A DNA stretch of 64,000 nucleotides, taken from NCBI GenBank assembly GCA_963758525.1, contig CAVWVQ010000005.1:1-64000 (forward strand), written 5' to 3'. The translations under genes and the position numbers were made by a program. Each line of letters starts with the position of its first letter. The first letter of the stretch is position 1. Positions 19,171 to 28,787 of this stretch are shown one piece after another. The stretch is from an uncultured Phycisphaerales bacterium. GTDB lineage: Bacteria; Planctomycetota; Phycisphaerae; Tepidisphaerales; Tepidisphaeraceae. The notes under the pieces are model-generated. The model did no database searches and was not told the DNA's origin. It worked only from the letters and a program-made list of their open reading frames with translations.

Positions 19171-19303
19171 CCGCGCTTCACTCCGACCCCCGCCGGAGGG
19201 GCGCTGATGGTGACGCTGAATCGCGGGGATCGACCGCTACTGCCCCCACCGAATTGATCGCACACTTCAGGCGACGGGAGCGAGAGCAAGAAAATTGCCG
19301 TTC

Positions 19304-20016
19304 TCATCCGTTCCCATCCGGCCGGTGCAGCGCAAGCGTGCCCCGCGCAACGGTCTCTGCGGCGACCTCCGCCGTTACCTCGAACTGCTGTAGTTGCCCC
19401 ATTTGCCGGAGGAACACCGCCTTCAACACAATCTGCACCGGTGGCACGACGGGACGGTCAAATCGGATATCCACGTGGGCCAGCATCCTCGTTCTCCACC
19501 TTTTTCCTCCGCCTCGGCGCCCACGATGCCGGAAAGCTGAGCCAGCGCCTCGGCGATCAACACGCCGGGAACGAGGGGACGCCCCGGAAAATGCCCGGCG
19601 AAGAACGATTCTGAGCCGGTGAGCGCCCAGATTGCCTCCCCGGCTTCTCTGGGCTTCACTGCCGTGATCCGCGAGAGAAACCGAAACGGCTCTCCATGCG
19701 GAAGACGGGCAAGGTAATCGACTGATTTGGGAGCGACGTCAGCGCCGTTATCGTTCACTTGCGACGCGACAAACTGGGTCAACGATCGCACGTTCTGAAA
19801 AGCTGTTTGCCCGACTTGCTCATTGGGAATCTTGATGCCAAACGCCTTTTCGACGCTGGCCACGAGCAGCAGAATATCCAGGGAGTCGAGGTCGGCCTCG
19901 CTGTTAAAAAACGGCATGTCGTCGTCGATCCGGGCGTTCGAACCCAGCTTCAGGTCGCGCCGCAGAATTTCGACGATGCGCGACCGAATCTCCTCCGTGA
20001 CTGCCGTTTCAGACAT
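19304..20016 (-). CDS. Acyl carrier protein fused to FabA/FabZ-type dehydratase; indel near 19490
   Basis: ACP LDSLD...VEKAFGIKI, then in the same frame LPHGEPFRFL and GHFPGRPLVPGVLIAEALAQ. Confidence 0.85.
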
Positions 20017-20263
20017 GCTGCAAATCCTCAAAGTTCGTGGACGCCCCCGTCGCCCATAGCCCGACACTGACCCAAAGGGATGCCAATTGGAACGCGAAAA
20101 GTGCCGCGGAGGCCGCCAGCCGACCCTCTCCTGGGCAACACGACTCATCTAATCTTCGTACATTGACCGATTATTCAAGTCCGGAACAGGTTGCGGGGGT
20201 CGACAGTCTCGCTAATCTTAGCAGCAATGATGGCTGGGGGCTGGCTCCTCGTGGGTTTCAAGG

Positions 20264-21726
20264 ATGAGACTGTCTCTCGCGCTGATCATCATCATCGTCG
20301 CGTTTCTCGTGCCCGCCGCGGCGCTGGCCGACATGCAATCAGACATTCGCGCGGTCCTGCAGGATAGGCTGCTTCACAAGGCGACTGTCGGAATTCAGGT
20401 GGTTCGGCTTGGCTCGTCGTCGGGGGATCTGCACCGGTCTACTCCCTCGAAGCAGATACGCCGCTGATTCCCGCCAGCAATCTCAAGCTCACAACAACGT
20501 CAGCGGCGTTGGATGCGCTGGGCTCGGATTTTAAGTTCCACACAATGCTCGTTCGCGCGGGCGAAGACGTTGTCATCATAGGGGATGGCGACCCGACCTT
20601 TGGCGATGCGGAGTTTCTCAAGCGTGCCGGGTGGAACGTCACGACCGTTTTTGGGAGTTGGGCGACTCAACTGAAGAAGCTGAAAATCGTCTCGGTGCGA
20701 GATGTGATTGTCGACGACAGTGTCTTCGAGGAACCGGCCGTTCATCCGCACTGGCCGGCAGATCAACTCGATCAGCGCTACGCCGCTGAAGTCGCCGGGC
20801 TCAATCTGAACGCAAATTGCGTCGACTTCACGATTTCTCCCGGCGTGCCAGGACGGTTGGCCGCGTACGCGATCAATCCTCCCACGCGTTATCTGAATGT
20901 CAGTAACACCTGCATCACCAGCGCGGAGAACGCCGTGAAGCTCAGCCGCGCTCGAATGACCAACGATGTATCGCTTGCCGGGCATGCTCCGTCGCGCGGC
21001 ACGGTGGGGGTGTCGATCACCGTTCACGACCCCTCGCTCTTTGCCGCAACGGTCTTCAGCGAGACACTGAAGTCGGCTGGAATCGCGATGACCGGCGACG
21101 TGCGGCGCGATCGGACGATTCGCGCCCGACATGAGGCGGGAGCGATCCCATGGGTTGTGCTGGGTGTGAACGAAACTCCGATCGCAACCGCCTTGGCGCG
21201 GGCAAACAAAGACAGCATGAATCTGTATGCCGAAAGTCTCTGCAAGCGGCTCGGCTGCGCTGAGTCGCATCAACCCGGTTCATGGGCGAATGGAACGCAG
21301 GCAGTAGGGGCCTTTCTGCTCAAGACCGGATCACCGCCGGAGCAGTTTCATCTCGATGACGGATGCGGGCTTTCCAAGCTCAACACCATCAGCCCCAGCG
21401 CGCTGTGCAAATTGCTGATCTATAACTTTTACAGCCCCAACCGCCAGGCGTTCATGAGCAGCCTTGCCGTGGCGGGTATCGACGGCACGCTCGATGACCG
21501 TTTCCGCGGCTCAGACATTCGCGGCCGGCTCTTCGGGAAGAGCGGATTTGTCGAAGGCGTCAGCTCGCTGAGCGGCTATCTGCACGCCCGCGACGGTGCC
21601 TGGTACGCGTTTTCGATTTTGATGAACGGAATCCCCCACCTTTCCAATTCCGAGATCAAGCCGCTGCAGGAGAAGATCATCAAGGCGGTTGATGCCAGCA
21701 CCCCTGCACTGAGTTCAGGCGGATAA
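20264..21726 (+). CDS. dacB: D-alanyl-D-alanine carboxypeptidase/endopeptidase (PBP4, peptidase S13); indel near 20435
   Basis: Signal peptide, PASNLK, GDGDP, SMNLYAE, DGCGLS, KSG. Confidence 0.88.
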
Positions 21727-21748
21727 TCTCACGACGACGATAGAAATT

Positions 21749-22723
21749 GTGACCGCCATCTCACGTCATGCCGCCAGAGTGCTGGTCTGCCTCGCCGGCG
21801 TCCTGACCGGCTGCACCAATGCCAATCGGAACGTTGAGCCTCCCTCGGCAATTGTTCACCTCGGTCCTTGGACTTTTGATGGCATCGACGGGACGACCGT
21901 CGTCACCCGGCACTACGTTGTCTACACAACGATTTCTGATCAGCACTGGCTTGAGTCGTTCGCCCATCTCATGGAAGGGGCCCTGGCCGAATATTCGACG
22001 CTCGCCACGGACGTGCCCGTCACGCAACGGCCGATGGAGTGCTTCGTTTTCGCCTCGCGGTGGCAATGGGAGCAATTCACGCGGGAGAAAACGGGAGCAG
22101 ACGCGACTATCTATCTGCATATCACCCGCGGCGGATATACCGTCCGCGACTGGTTCGTCGCTTTCAATATCGGGGAAGCCGGCACCTTCTCAGTCGCCGC
22201 CCACGAGGGATTCCATCAGTTTGCGGCACGCCATTTCAAAATGCGGATTCCCCCATTTCTGGAGGAGGGGCTCGCCTGCATGTTTGAGAACGTTCAATGG
22301 GATCGTGGCATGCCAAGTTGGAATCTGCAGGAGAATCCCAACCGGCTTTCGTCGCTCGAAACTGCGGTTGCCGCCGGTCAGGCCATTCCGCTGAGCCAGT
22401 TGATCACCTTGCATGCCGGGCAGGTGGTGAACGGCCCCCGAGCGAGAATTTCAGCGTTCTATGGCGAGAGTTGGGCCTTTGCGGAATTTCTGTGGGCGGG
22501 GGAGCAACAAAAATATCGCGTTGGCCTGCAGCGCCTCCTCCGCGATGCCGCCGCCGGCAAGCTGCAGGGAGTGGTCGTCCGCCCGATGGACGCGGTCTTC
22601 TGGAACCCGGCGTCGGCTAAACCTTTGCTGGAACGATATCTGGGGACGGATCTCAAAACGCTCGATACCGAATTTCACCGCTTCCTGTTGCGATTCATGG
22701 GAGACGCACCCGCCCCCGACTGA
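21749..22723 (+). CDS. Putative lipoprotein zinc metallopeptidase (DUF1570-like)
   Basis: Lipobox LTGC; HEGFHQ...EGLA gluzincin-like motifs. Confidence 0.7.
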   Translation: MTAISRHAARVLVCLAGVLTGCTNANRNVEPPSAIVHLGPWTFDGIDGTTVVTRHYVVYTTISDQHWLESFAHLMEGALAEYSTLATDVPVTQRPMECFVFASRWQWEQFTREKTGADATIYLHITRGGYTVRDWFVAFNIGEAGTFSVAAHEGFHQFAARHFKMRIPPFLEEGLACMFENVQWDRGMPSWNLQENPNRLSSLETAVAAGQAIPLSQLITLHAGQVVNGPRARISAFYGESWAFAEFLWAGEQQKYRVGLQRLLRDAAAGKLQGVVVRPMDAVFWNPASAKPLLERYLGTDLKTLDTEFHRFLLRFMGDAPAPD

Positions 22724-22861
22724 AAGCAAACTCTGCCGTCATGAGGAGTTTCACCGGGAAAATTTCCGCAGTTCTTCCTGTTGATCCACGCAGAATTTCC
22801 TTTGTATCCGCGGACGCCCGCGGTATTCTTGAACGATCAGAACAGATCACCGGGAATCGCG

Positions 22862-23134
22862 ATGACCGAACGACGCACATATCACTTCGATGGCCGCGTT
22901 CAGGGTGTCGGCTTTCGCTACACGACACACAACATGGCTCAGCAGTACGCCGTGAATGGCTATGTGCGGAATCTGGCCGATGGGCGCGTGGAGTTGGTAG
23001 TCGAAGGGGATCAGGCGGAAATGGATTCGCTCGTGTGCGATTTGCAACGCCGCCTGATGGGCTTCATCAAGCACACCGAAGCCCATTCCGAGCCCGCCAC
23101 CGGGGAGTTCGAGAACTTCAATATTCGTCATTGA
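22862..23134 (+). CDS. acyP: Acylphosphatase
   Basis: GRVQGVGFR, GYVRNLADGRVE. Confidence 0.93.
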   Translation: MTERRTYHFDGRVQGVGFRYTTHNMAQQYAVNGYVRNLADGRVELVVEGDQAEMDSLVCDLQRRLMGFIKHTEAHSEPATGEFENFNIRH

Positions 23135-23226
23135 GAGCACCTGGCCGAGGGGAGGAGGCAGGAAGACACTCCCGAAACTCGCGCACGCCCGAAAGTGACG
23201 GGTGCGGGACACGTCGGCGCGCTCTC

Positions 23227-23500
23227 TCTTTTCCCCTCCCCTGGTACTCCGGGGAGGGTTAGGGTGGGGGTCCGACTGGGGAAGGGCGCGGAGAGCTGAT
23301 GGAGTGCTTGCGCACACCACAGCCCCTCTTTTCAGAGCAGAAATGTCCAAGGCCCAATGGCCAACAAAGTCGCAAGGTCCAAGTCCCAAGCTGGTTCTCG
23401 CATTGGTCATTGCGATTTGGGATTTTGTTGGCCATTGGGCCTTGGACATTTCTTGGTCTCCCACATCTGTTTTCGGAGCAGTACCAGGGGAGGGGAAAGA
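23227..23500. repeat. Nested palindromes: CCCCTCCCCTGGTAC element enclosing a 30-bp perfect inverted repeat
   Basis: Outer arms 23233-23250 and 23481-23495; inner arms 23339-23368 and 23424-23453. Confidence 0.85.
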
Positions 23501-23602
23501 CCAGCCTCGCTGAAAGTGTCAGGCTCCTGAAGTGCCCCGAAGTGACCTGTTGGCACGGCCCTTTCATTCCTGCGCCATCACTTTAGAATCTGCCGTCAAA
23601 CC

Positions 23603-24496
23603 ATGTATCGCACATTCGTCATCGTTCGTCATACGTTCTTCGAGGCCATTGTGCAGCCTATTTTCGCGCTGCTCATGGGGATCGGCTCTGCGATTCTTCT
23701 CATCTACGGGCTGCTCCCGTTCTTCACGCTCGGTGAAGATACCGTCATGTACAAGTCCGTCGGGCTCGACGTGATCCTGCTGCTGGTGCTCGTTGTTACG
23801 CTGTTTGCCACCAGCAAATCCATCCACGAGGAGATCGAAGACCGCACGATGCTCACGCTGATGAGCAAGCCGATCTTCAAATGGGAGGTCCTTGTTGGCA
23901 AGTACCTGGGCATCATTCTGGCAAGTCTGCTCGGCGTGGTCATTCTCGGCACCGTGATGCTGCTGCTGATGTGTTACCGCATCCCCACCGATTACATGTT
24001 GCGCTACGCGAGTCTGGACGATCGCGACATCAAGCAGATTTTTGACTACCGCATGATGCACGGCGTGGGACTGCTCGCCAGCTTGTTTCTCGTCTGGCTG
24101 CAAATCAGCGTCTTAGCCGCGATCGGCGTCGCCCTCTCGACACGCTTCTCCCTCGTGGTCAATCTGCCAACGGTCATCCTGATTTACGTCGCCGGCAATC
24201 TGACGCGCTTTCTTTTCCCGCTGGAGCATCGTTCCGAGGCGGTGAGACTCTTCGCGTACGCCGCCAGTTCGCTGCTGCCGTTTCTCCAGACATTTGATAT
24301 CCGGCAGTACACGGTGTTTCACGAAATCAGTGTCCCCGGCACGGCTTTCTTCCACGTTCGCGGCTCCATCTCCATCCCGGCCATTCTCAGCTACCTCGCC
24401 ATCGCCTCCGCCTATGCCATCGCCTACGCGACGTTCGCCCTCAGCACCGGCATGTGGCTGTTCGAAACGCGCGAGCTGGGCGGAGCCGAAGGCTAG
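23603..24496 (+). CDS. ABC-2 type transporter permease
   Basis: EIEDRTMLTLMSKPI...VGKYLG; multiple TM helices. Confidence 0.85.
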   Translation: MYRTFVIVRHTFFEAIVQPIFALLMGIGSAILLIYGLLPFFTLGEDTVMYKSVGLDVILLLVLVVTLFATSKSIHEEIEDRTMLTLMSKPIFKWEVLVGKYLGIILASLLGVVILGTVMLLLMCYRIPTDYMLRYASLDDRDIKQIFDYRMMHGVGLLASLFLVWLQISVLAAIGVALSTRFSLVVNLPTVILIYVAGNLTRFLFPLEHRSEAVRLFAYAASSLLPFLQTFDIRQYTVFHEISVPGTAFFHVRGSISIPAILSYLAIASAYAIAYATFALSTGMWLFETRELGGAEG

Positions 24497-24518
24497 GCCG
24501 CCACTTCGGGCGGAAGCT

Positions 24519-24673
24519 CGAATGACGAAACCCCAAATCAGAATCAAACCAGAAGCCCGAATGACGAGTGTCGGATTCTTTGAGGAACCCGAGCGCCGAG
24601 CTTCCGTTTCGACATTCGGTCATTCGACCTTCGGATTTGATTCTTTGATTCTGGTTTCGAGCTTCGTCATTCG
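24519..24673. repeat. CGAATGACGAA-type hairpin element
   Basis: Terminal inverted repeat CGAATGACGAA/TTCGTCATTCG with short periodic internal repeats; between convergent genes. Confidence 0.7.
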
Positions 24674-24681
24674 GATTTTTC

Positions 24682-25200
24682 CTATTGCGCCTGCAGCCGG
24701 CTCAACCTCGCTTCGACTTGGCGAAGCTGCTCGGCCTCGTCTTCGGAAAGTCCGTCGGCGGCTTGCTGCCGGAAGGCGGTGACCATTGATTCCAACGGCA
24801 ACACAACTGGCTTGTTGGCGGTGGGGGCATGCACCGGGTCGATCAAGCCCGCGTAGTGCGCTCCGATCATATAAACGCCCAATCCGACCGGCCTGCAATG
24901 AGCGATGGTGCAGAGAACGGCGCTGGTTGGCGAACCGCCCGCCGCCGCCGGAATACGGAGGATGAACTGCTCGCCCCGTTCGAGGCGATTGGTATGGACG
25001 ATGCCGATGCCGGCGGCGGAAAGATCCCGTACCGCAACCGATACTGGTCGGCGGCCGCAGCGGGCCGGGCATGGGATGATCATCGCGCGCCCGATGAGCC
25101 CGAGGCGCGGGTCCCCGCGATGCTCCCCCGCGTATTCCGGAGCGGAACCGCCGCCGAGGGAGAGCGTCAGGTGGTTCAGCAATTCGCTGGAGAGCTTCAT
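24682..25200 (-). CDS. PilZ-domain protein
   Basis: RxxxR (HRGDPR) and DLSAAG motifs. Confidence 0.8.
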   Translation of the reverse strand: MKLSSELLNHLTLSLGGGSAPEYAGEHRGDPRLGLIGRAMIIPCPARCGRRPVSVAVRDLSAAGIGIVHTNRLERGEQFILRIPAAAGGSPTSAVLCTIAHCRPVGLGVYMIGAHYAGLIDPVHAPTANKPVVLPLESMVTAFRQQAADGLSEDEAEQLRQVEARLSRLQAQ

Positions 25201-25324
25201 ACTTATTCAGGTTGCACAAGCCCGCGCAACAGCGCGGCCGCCCTATCATCGGCGATCCATCCAGTGCGTCTCAGAATTTTTTGAGCTCGATCGGCCGATA
25301 ATCCCGGCGAGCTGCAAAGATCCT

Positions 25325-26073
25325 TCACGTGATCGAGCGTCCACCATCCAATCGAATAATTTGCCCCGTCAGGTAGGCGGCGCCGGTGCAGAGAAACAGG
25401 ATCAGCCGTGCCACTTCTTCCGGCGTTCCGGGCCGCTCCAGCGGAACGCGGCGCAGGTAGCGCTGACGATCTGCCTCGGGTAATTCCGGCGGCCACTCCA
25501 CCACGCCGGGCGCGATGCCGTTGACGGTGATCTGCGGCGCCAACTCGCGCGCCAGCGATAGTGTCAGATTCCACAACCCAGCCTTGCTCGCGCAATACGC
25601 CATGTACGCCGGCCACGGCCGTTCCGCGAGCAGATCCAGCATGTTGATGACGTGTCCCTTGCTCGCGCGCAGCAACGGCGCGAGCCGTTGCGCAAGCAGC
25701 ATGGGGGACTCGACGTGAATCGCCCACAAACGGCGGGACTGGGCCAAATTCGCGCCCGCCGGATCAGACCTTTCGTACAGGGATGCGTTGTTGACCAGCA
25801 CCGAGAGCCGGCCGAATTGCCCCTCGATGCAATCGCAAATCCTGGCAACCGCATCCGCGGGGTCCGTCAGATCGGCGCCAATTCCCTGGCGCAAAATCCG
25901 CTTTGAAGCAGTTCGGTTTCCAGCGCGCGCGCATCGCGTTCGCTTCTCAGATAGGTGAAGACCACGTCGTATCCGGCGGCAGCCAGCGAGGCGACGATCG
26001 CGCGGCCAACGCGACGGGCGCCGCCAGTGACAAGCGCAACGGGCCTTTCCGATCGATCGACAGAACCTAACAT
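25325..26073 (-). CDS. SDR oxidoreductase (pteridine reductase-like); indel near 25890
   Basis: TGGARRVG, NNAS, YCASK, VNGIAPG, TGQIIRLDGG. Confidence 0.88.
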
Positions 26074-26166
26074 GCTATATGACCTTGCGCGATTAGGCGC
26101 TTCCAAAAAACGTTTACCGGCTGCCCTAAGGGCAGCACGTGCGCGTAATCGCGCACGCTCATTTAG
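26073..26166. repeat. About 100-bp MITE-like element, copy 2
   Basis: Near-identical to 12610-12714; abuts the SDR start codon. Confidence 0.8.
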
Positions 26167-26181
26167 TTTCGTGGATGGTGT

Positions 26182-27675
26182 TTACTTCCGCAGATCGTAA
26201 CACAGCAGCCGCAATGGTTCGCCATTCAGTCCCGGCTGATTTTGACACACGTACAACAAGCCGCGACTGATCGCCGGCGGGGTCCACGTATCGCTGGCGG
26301 CGAATAACCGTGTGCGGCTCAATTCCCGGAAGCTTTTCGGATTCAGATCGAGCCACAGAAGATGACCATATTCTCCCAGGCACAGGCACCGCCGCTCGCC
26401 TGGGCAGTCGATCAGCGTGCAACGATCCGTTCCCATCGGCACGGTCCGCCGGTCGTCGCCGCGCTGCTCGATCTCGTCCCACTGCGGATGCGCGCGCCAC
26501 ATTTCGACGCCATCGGACAGCCGGACGCAGACGAAAAAGGCGTCCTCCGGTCCATGGCCGTCAATGCCGTAGAGATAACCGTCCCTGGGGATTGCGTTCA
26601 TGAAGTGCGTGCCGAACGCCGGGTTGGTCCAGATCCGCTTGCAGGAAGCGTCGTGCAAATCGAGCAGGACGCCGCCCGATCCATAACATTCGGAGACAAA
26701 AACCCGATCGCCGATGACGACGGGGGACGACGCGTTTACCGATTCGCGGCGCGTGCCGCGCCAGGGGAATTGGCATTCGACATTCCCGTTTGCGGGATCG
26801 ATGCAGAGCAATCCGCCGGTGGGCGGCCGGCTCTCCCCTCCGGCGAACACGAGCACCCGCCGTCTGCCATTCAGCACCGCCGGCGTGGGCGTCGCATAGC
26901 TCGGTCCCCACGCATCGCCGGCTCCCCACGCCATCCGTCCGGTTTTGAGGTCAAACCCTGCCACGCAGGGGCCGCCGGGCGCGCCGACGTTGACGATCAA
27001 CAGATCTCCTTCCACCAGCGGGCTGGCGCCCACGCCAAAGAAATTCTGCGGCAGCTTGAACTCGTTCATCAGATCGCGCTGCCAGAGGAGTTGACCGGTG
27101 GTGAGTTTCAGGCAGTGCAGTTTCCCCTGCGCTCCGATTGCAAACACCATCCCATCGGCAACCGCCGGGCTGGCCCGCGGTCCATCGCAATAGCCATAGC
27201 GGTCTTCATAACTGGTTGCATACGCGTAGCGCCAATAGCGATCGCCGTTGAGCGCATCGAGACATTCGACGACTTCCTCGTCGCCAACCCGATGCAGCAA
27301 TACCAGCCGCCCGTCGACGACCGCCGGCGCGGCGTATCCCGACCCTTTTCTCATCTCCCACATCAGCGGGGGCGGCGTCGTTGCAATCTCTTCGGCCAGT
27401 TCCGTCTCACTGCAGAATGCGTTATGCGTCGGCCCCAGGAAACACGGCCAGTCGCTGCAAACTGCTCCTGCCGCGAGCGGCTTTGCCGCCTGGTAAAACG
27501 TCACGTCGGAATTCTTCCGTGCCGATGGCGCGGCAATGTCAGGGACCGTCTGCACCACCGGCGGCGCGGGATCGTCAAAATGCTTCGCACCCAAGCCCGC
27601 CGCGCGCAGCGAATCCGCTCCGATCAGAATGAGGAGCAGCATACGCCAAGCTGAGAACGCAGAAAGGGAGTACAT
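26182..27675 (-). CDS. PQQ-like beta-propeller repeat protein (BamB-like, planctomycete type)
   Basis: DWPCFLGP, repeated G..W blades, LLCYDL terminus; start uncertain. Confidence 0.8.
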   Translation of the reverse strand: MYSLSAFSAWRMLLLILIGADSLRAAGLGAKHFDDPAPPVVQTVPDIAAPSARKNSDVTFYQAAKPLAAGAVCSDWPCFLGPTHNAFCSETELAEEIATTPPPLMWEMRKGSGYAAPAVVDGRLVLLHRVGDEEVVECLDALNGDRYWRYAYATSYEDRYGYCDGPRASPAVADGMVFAIGAQGKLHCLKLTTGQLLWQRDLMNEFKLPQNFFGVGASPLVEGDLLIVNVGAPGGPCVAGFDLKTGRMAWGAGDAWGPSYATPTPAVLNGRRRVLVFAGGESRPPTGGLLCIDPANGNVECQFPWRGTRRESVNASSPVVIGDRVFVSECYGSGGVLLDLHDASCKRIWTNPAFGTHFMNAIPRDGYLYGIDGHGPEDAFFVCVRLSDGVEMWRAHPQWDEIEQRGDDRRTVPMGTDRCTLIDCPGERRCLCLGEYGHLLWLDLNPKSFRELSRTRLFAASDTWTPPAISRGLLYVCQNQPGLNGEPLRLLCYDLRK

Positions 27676-27831
27676 AGCGAATGGCGACGCGGTGCAACGG
27701 CTGGGGTACGATTGAGTATCGGATTGTACGGGCGGAGCGACATGGTATCTCATTCGATCATCAAAGACAGGGTTTTCCGGCCTTTTCCCCCTCCCCTGGT
27801 ACTCCGGCAACGGTGTCGACGAACCGCGCCA

Positions 27832-28774
27832 ATGCGCGCCAATCACCCGACCCTGCACCTGGCTGCGCTGGTTGCGATCGTGTGCGCACTGCTGCCGGTA
27901 GCTCGGGCGCCGAACCGTTTCAATTCGGATCGACCGAGCGGATCGTTTTCGTCGGCAACGATTTCTTCGAGCACGAAGCGGAAGATTGCTACATCGAAAC
28001 GGCGCTGACCACGCGATTTCCCGACAAGAATCTGATCTTCCGCAACCTTGGGTACAGCGGGGACACCGTGCATGCCGACGCGCGAATCTCTGCGCCGGCT
28101 GGGCAAATTTCGGCCCGCCGGAACAGGGTTTGAATCGGCTCAAGGATCTGGTCTCGCACATTCAGCCGACGATCATCTTCGTCGCCTACGGAATGAACGA
28201 ATCGTTCGCCGGCCAGGCTGGGCTCGCGGATTTTCAGACCGGACTGGATCAGATGCTTCAAATGCTGGCGGCAACCAAGGCCCGTCTGGTTCTTCTCTCG
28301 CCGATCGCGCACCAGAAGCGTCCGCCTCCCCTGCCCGACCCGGCGGAGCACAATCGTAATCTCGGCCTGTACGTCAATGCGATTCAATCCGCCGCCGCCA
28401 AACGCGGCTGCTTTTTCGTCGATCTGTTCCACGGGTTCTCGCCGCCGACGACTGATGGCATTCACCTCACGGCCCAGGGCTATCAGCAAGCTGCCGCCGC
28501 GATCCAAAAGGGCCTTGGCATCAGCATCGCTGACGCGCCGCCCCACGAGCAGGAGGAGAAACTGCGAAAGCTGATCATTCAGAAGAACTTCGATTTTTTC
28601 AACGACTGGCGTGCCCAAAACGACACCTACATTCTCGGCTACCGAAAGCACGAGCAGGGACGCAACGCGCCGGAGATGGCCCAATTCGAGAAGCTGACCG
28701 AAGAGGCTGACGCCCAGATCGCCCGAATGCGCGTAACGTTGCCGACGCAAGATGAAGTGCGGCCGAAGCAGTGA
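27832..28774 (+). CDS. SGNH/GDSL hydrolase-like protein; indels near 27908 and 28083
   Basis: Signal peptide, IVFVGND, RNLGYSGDT, YGMNES, DGIHLT spread over three frames. Confidence 0.75.
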
Positions 28775-28787
28775 GGACCACTACTTG

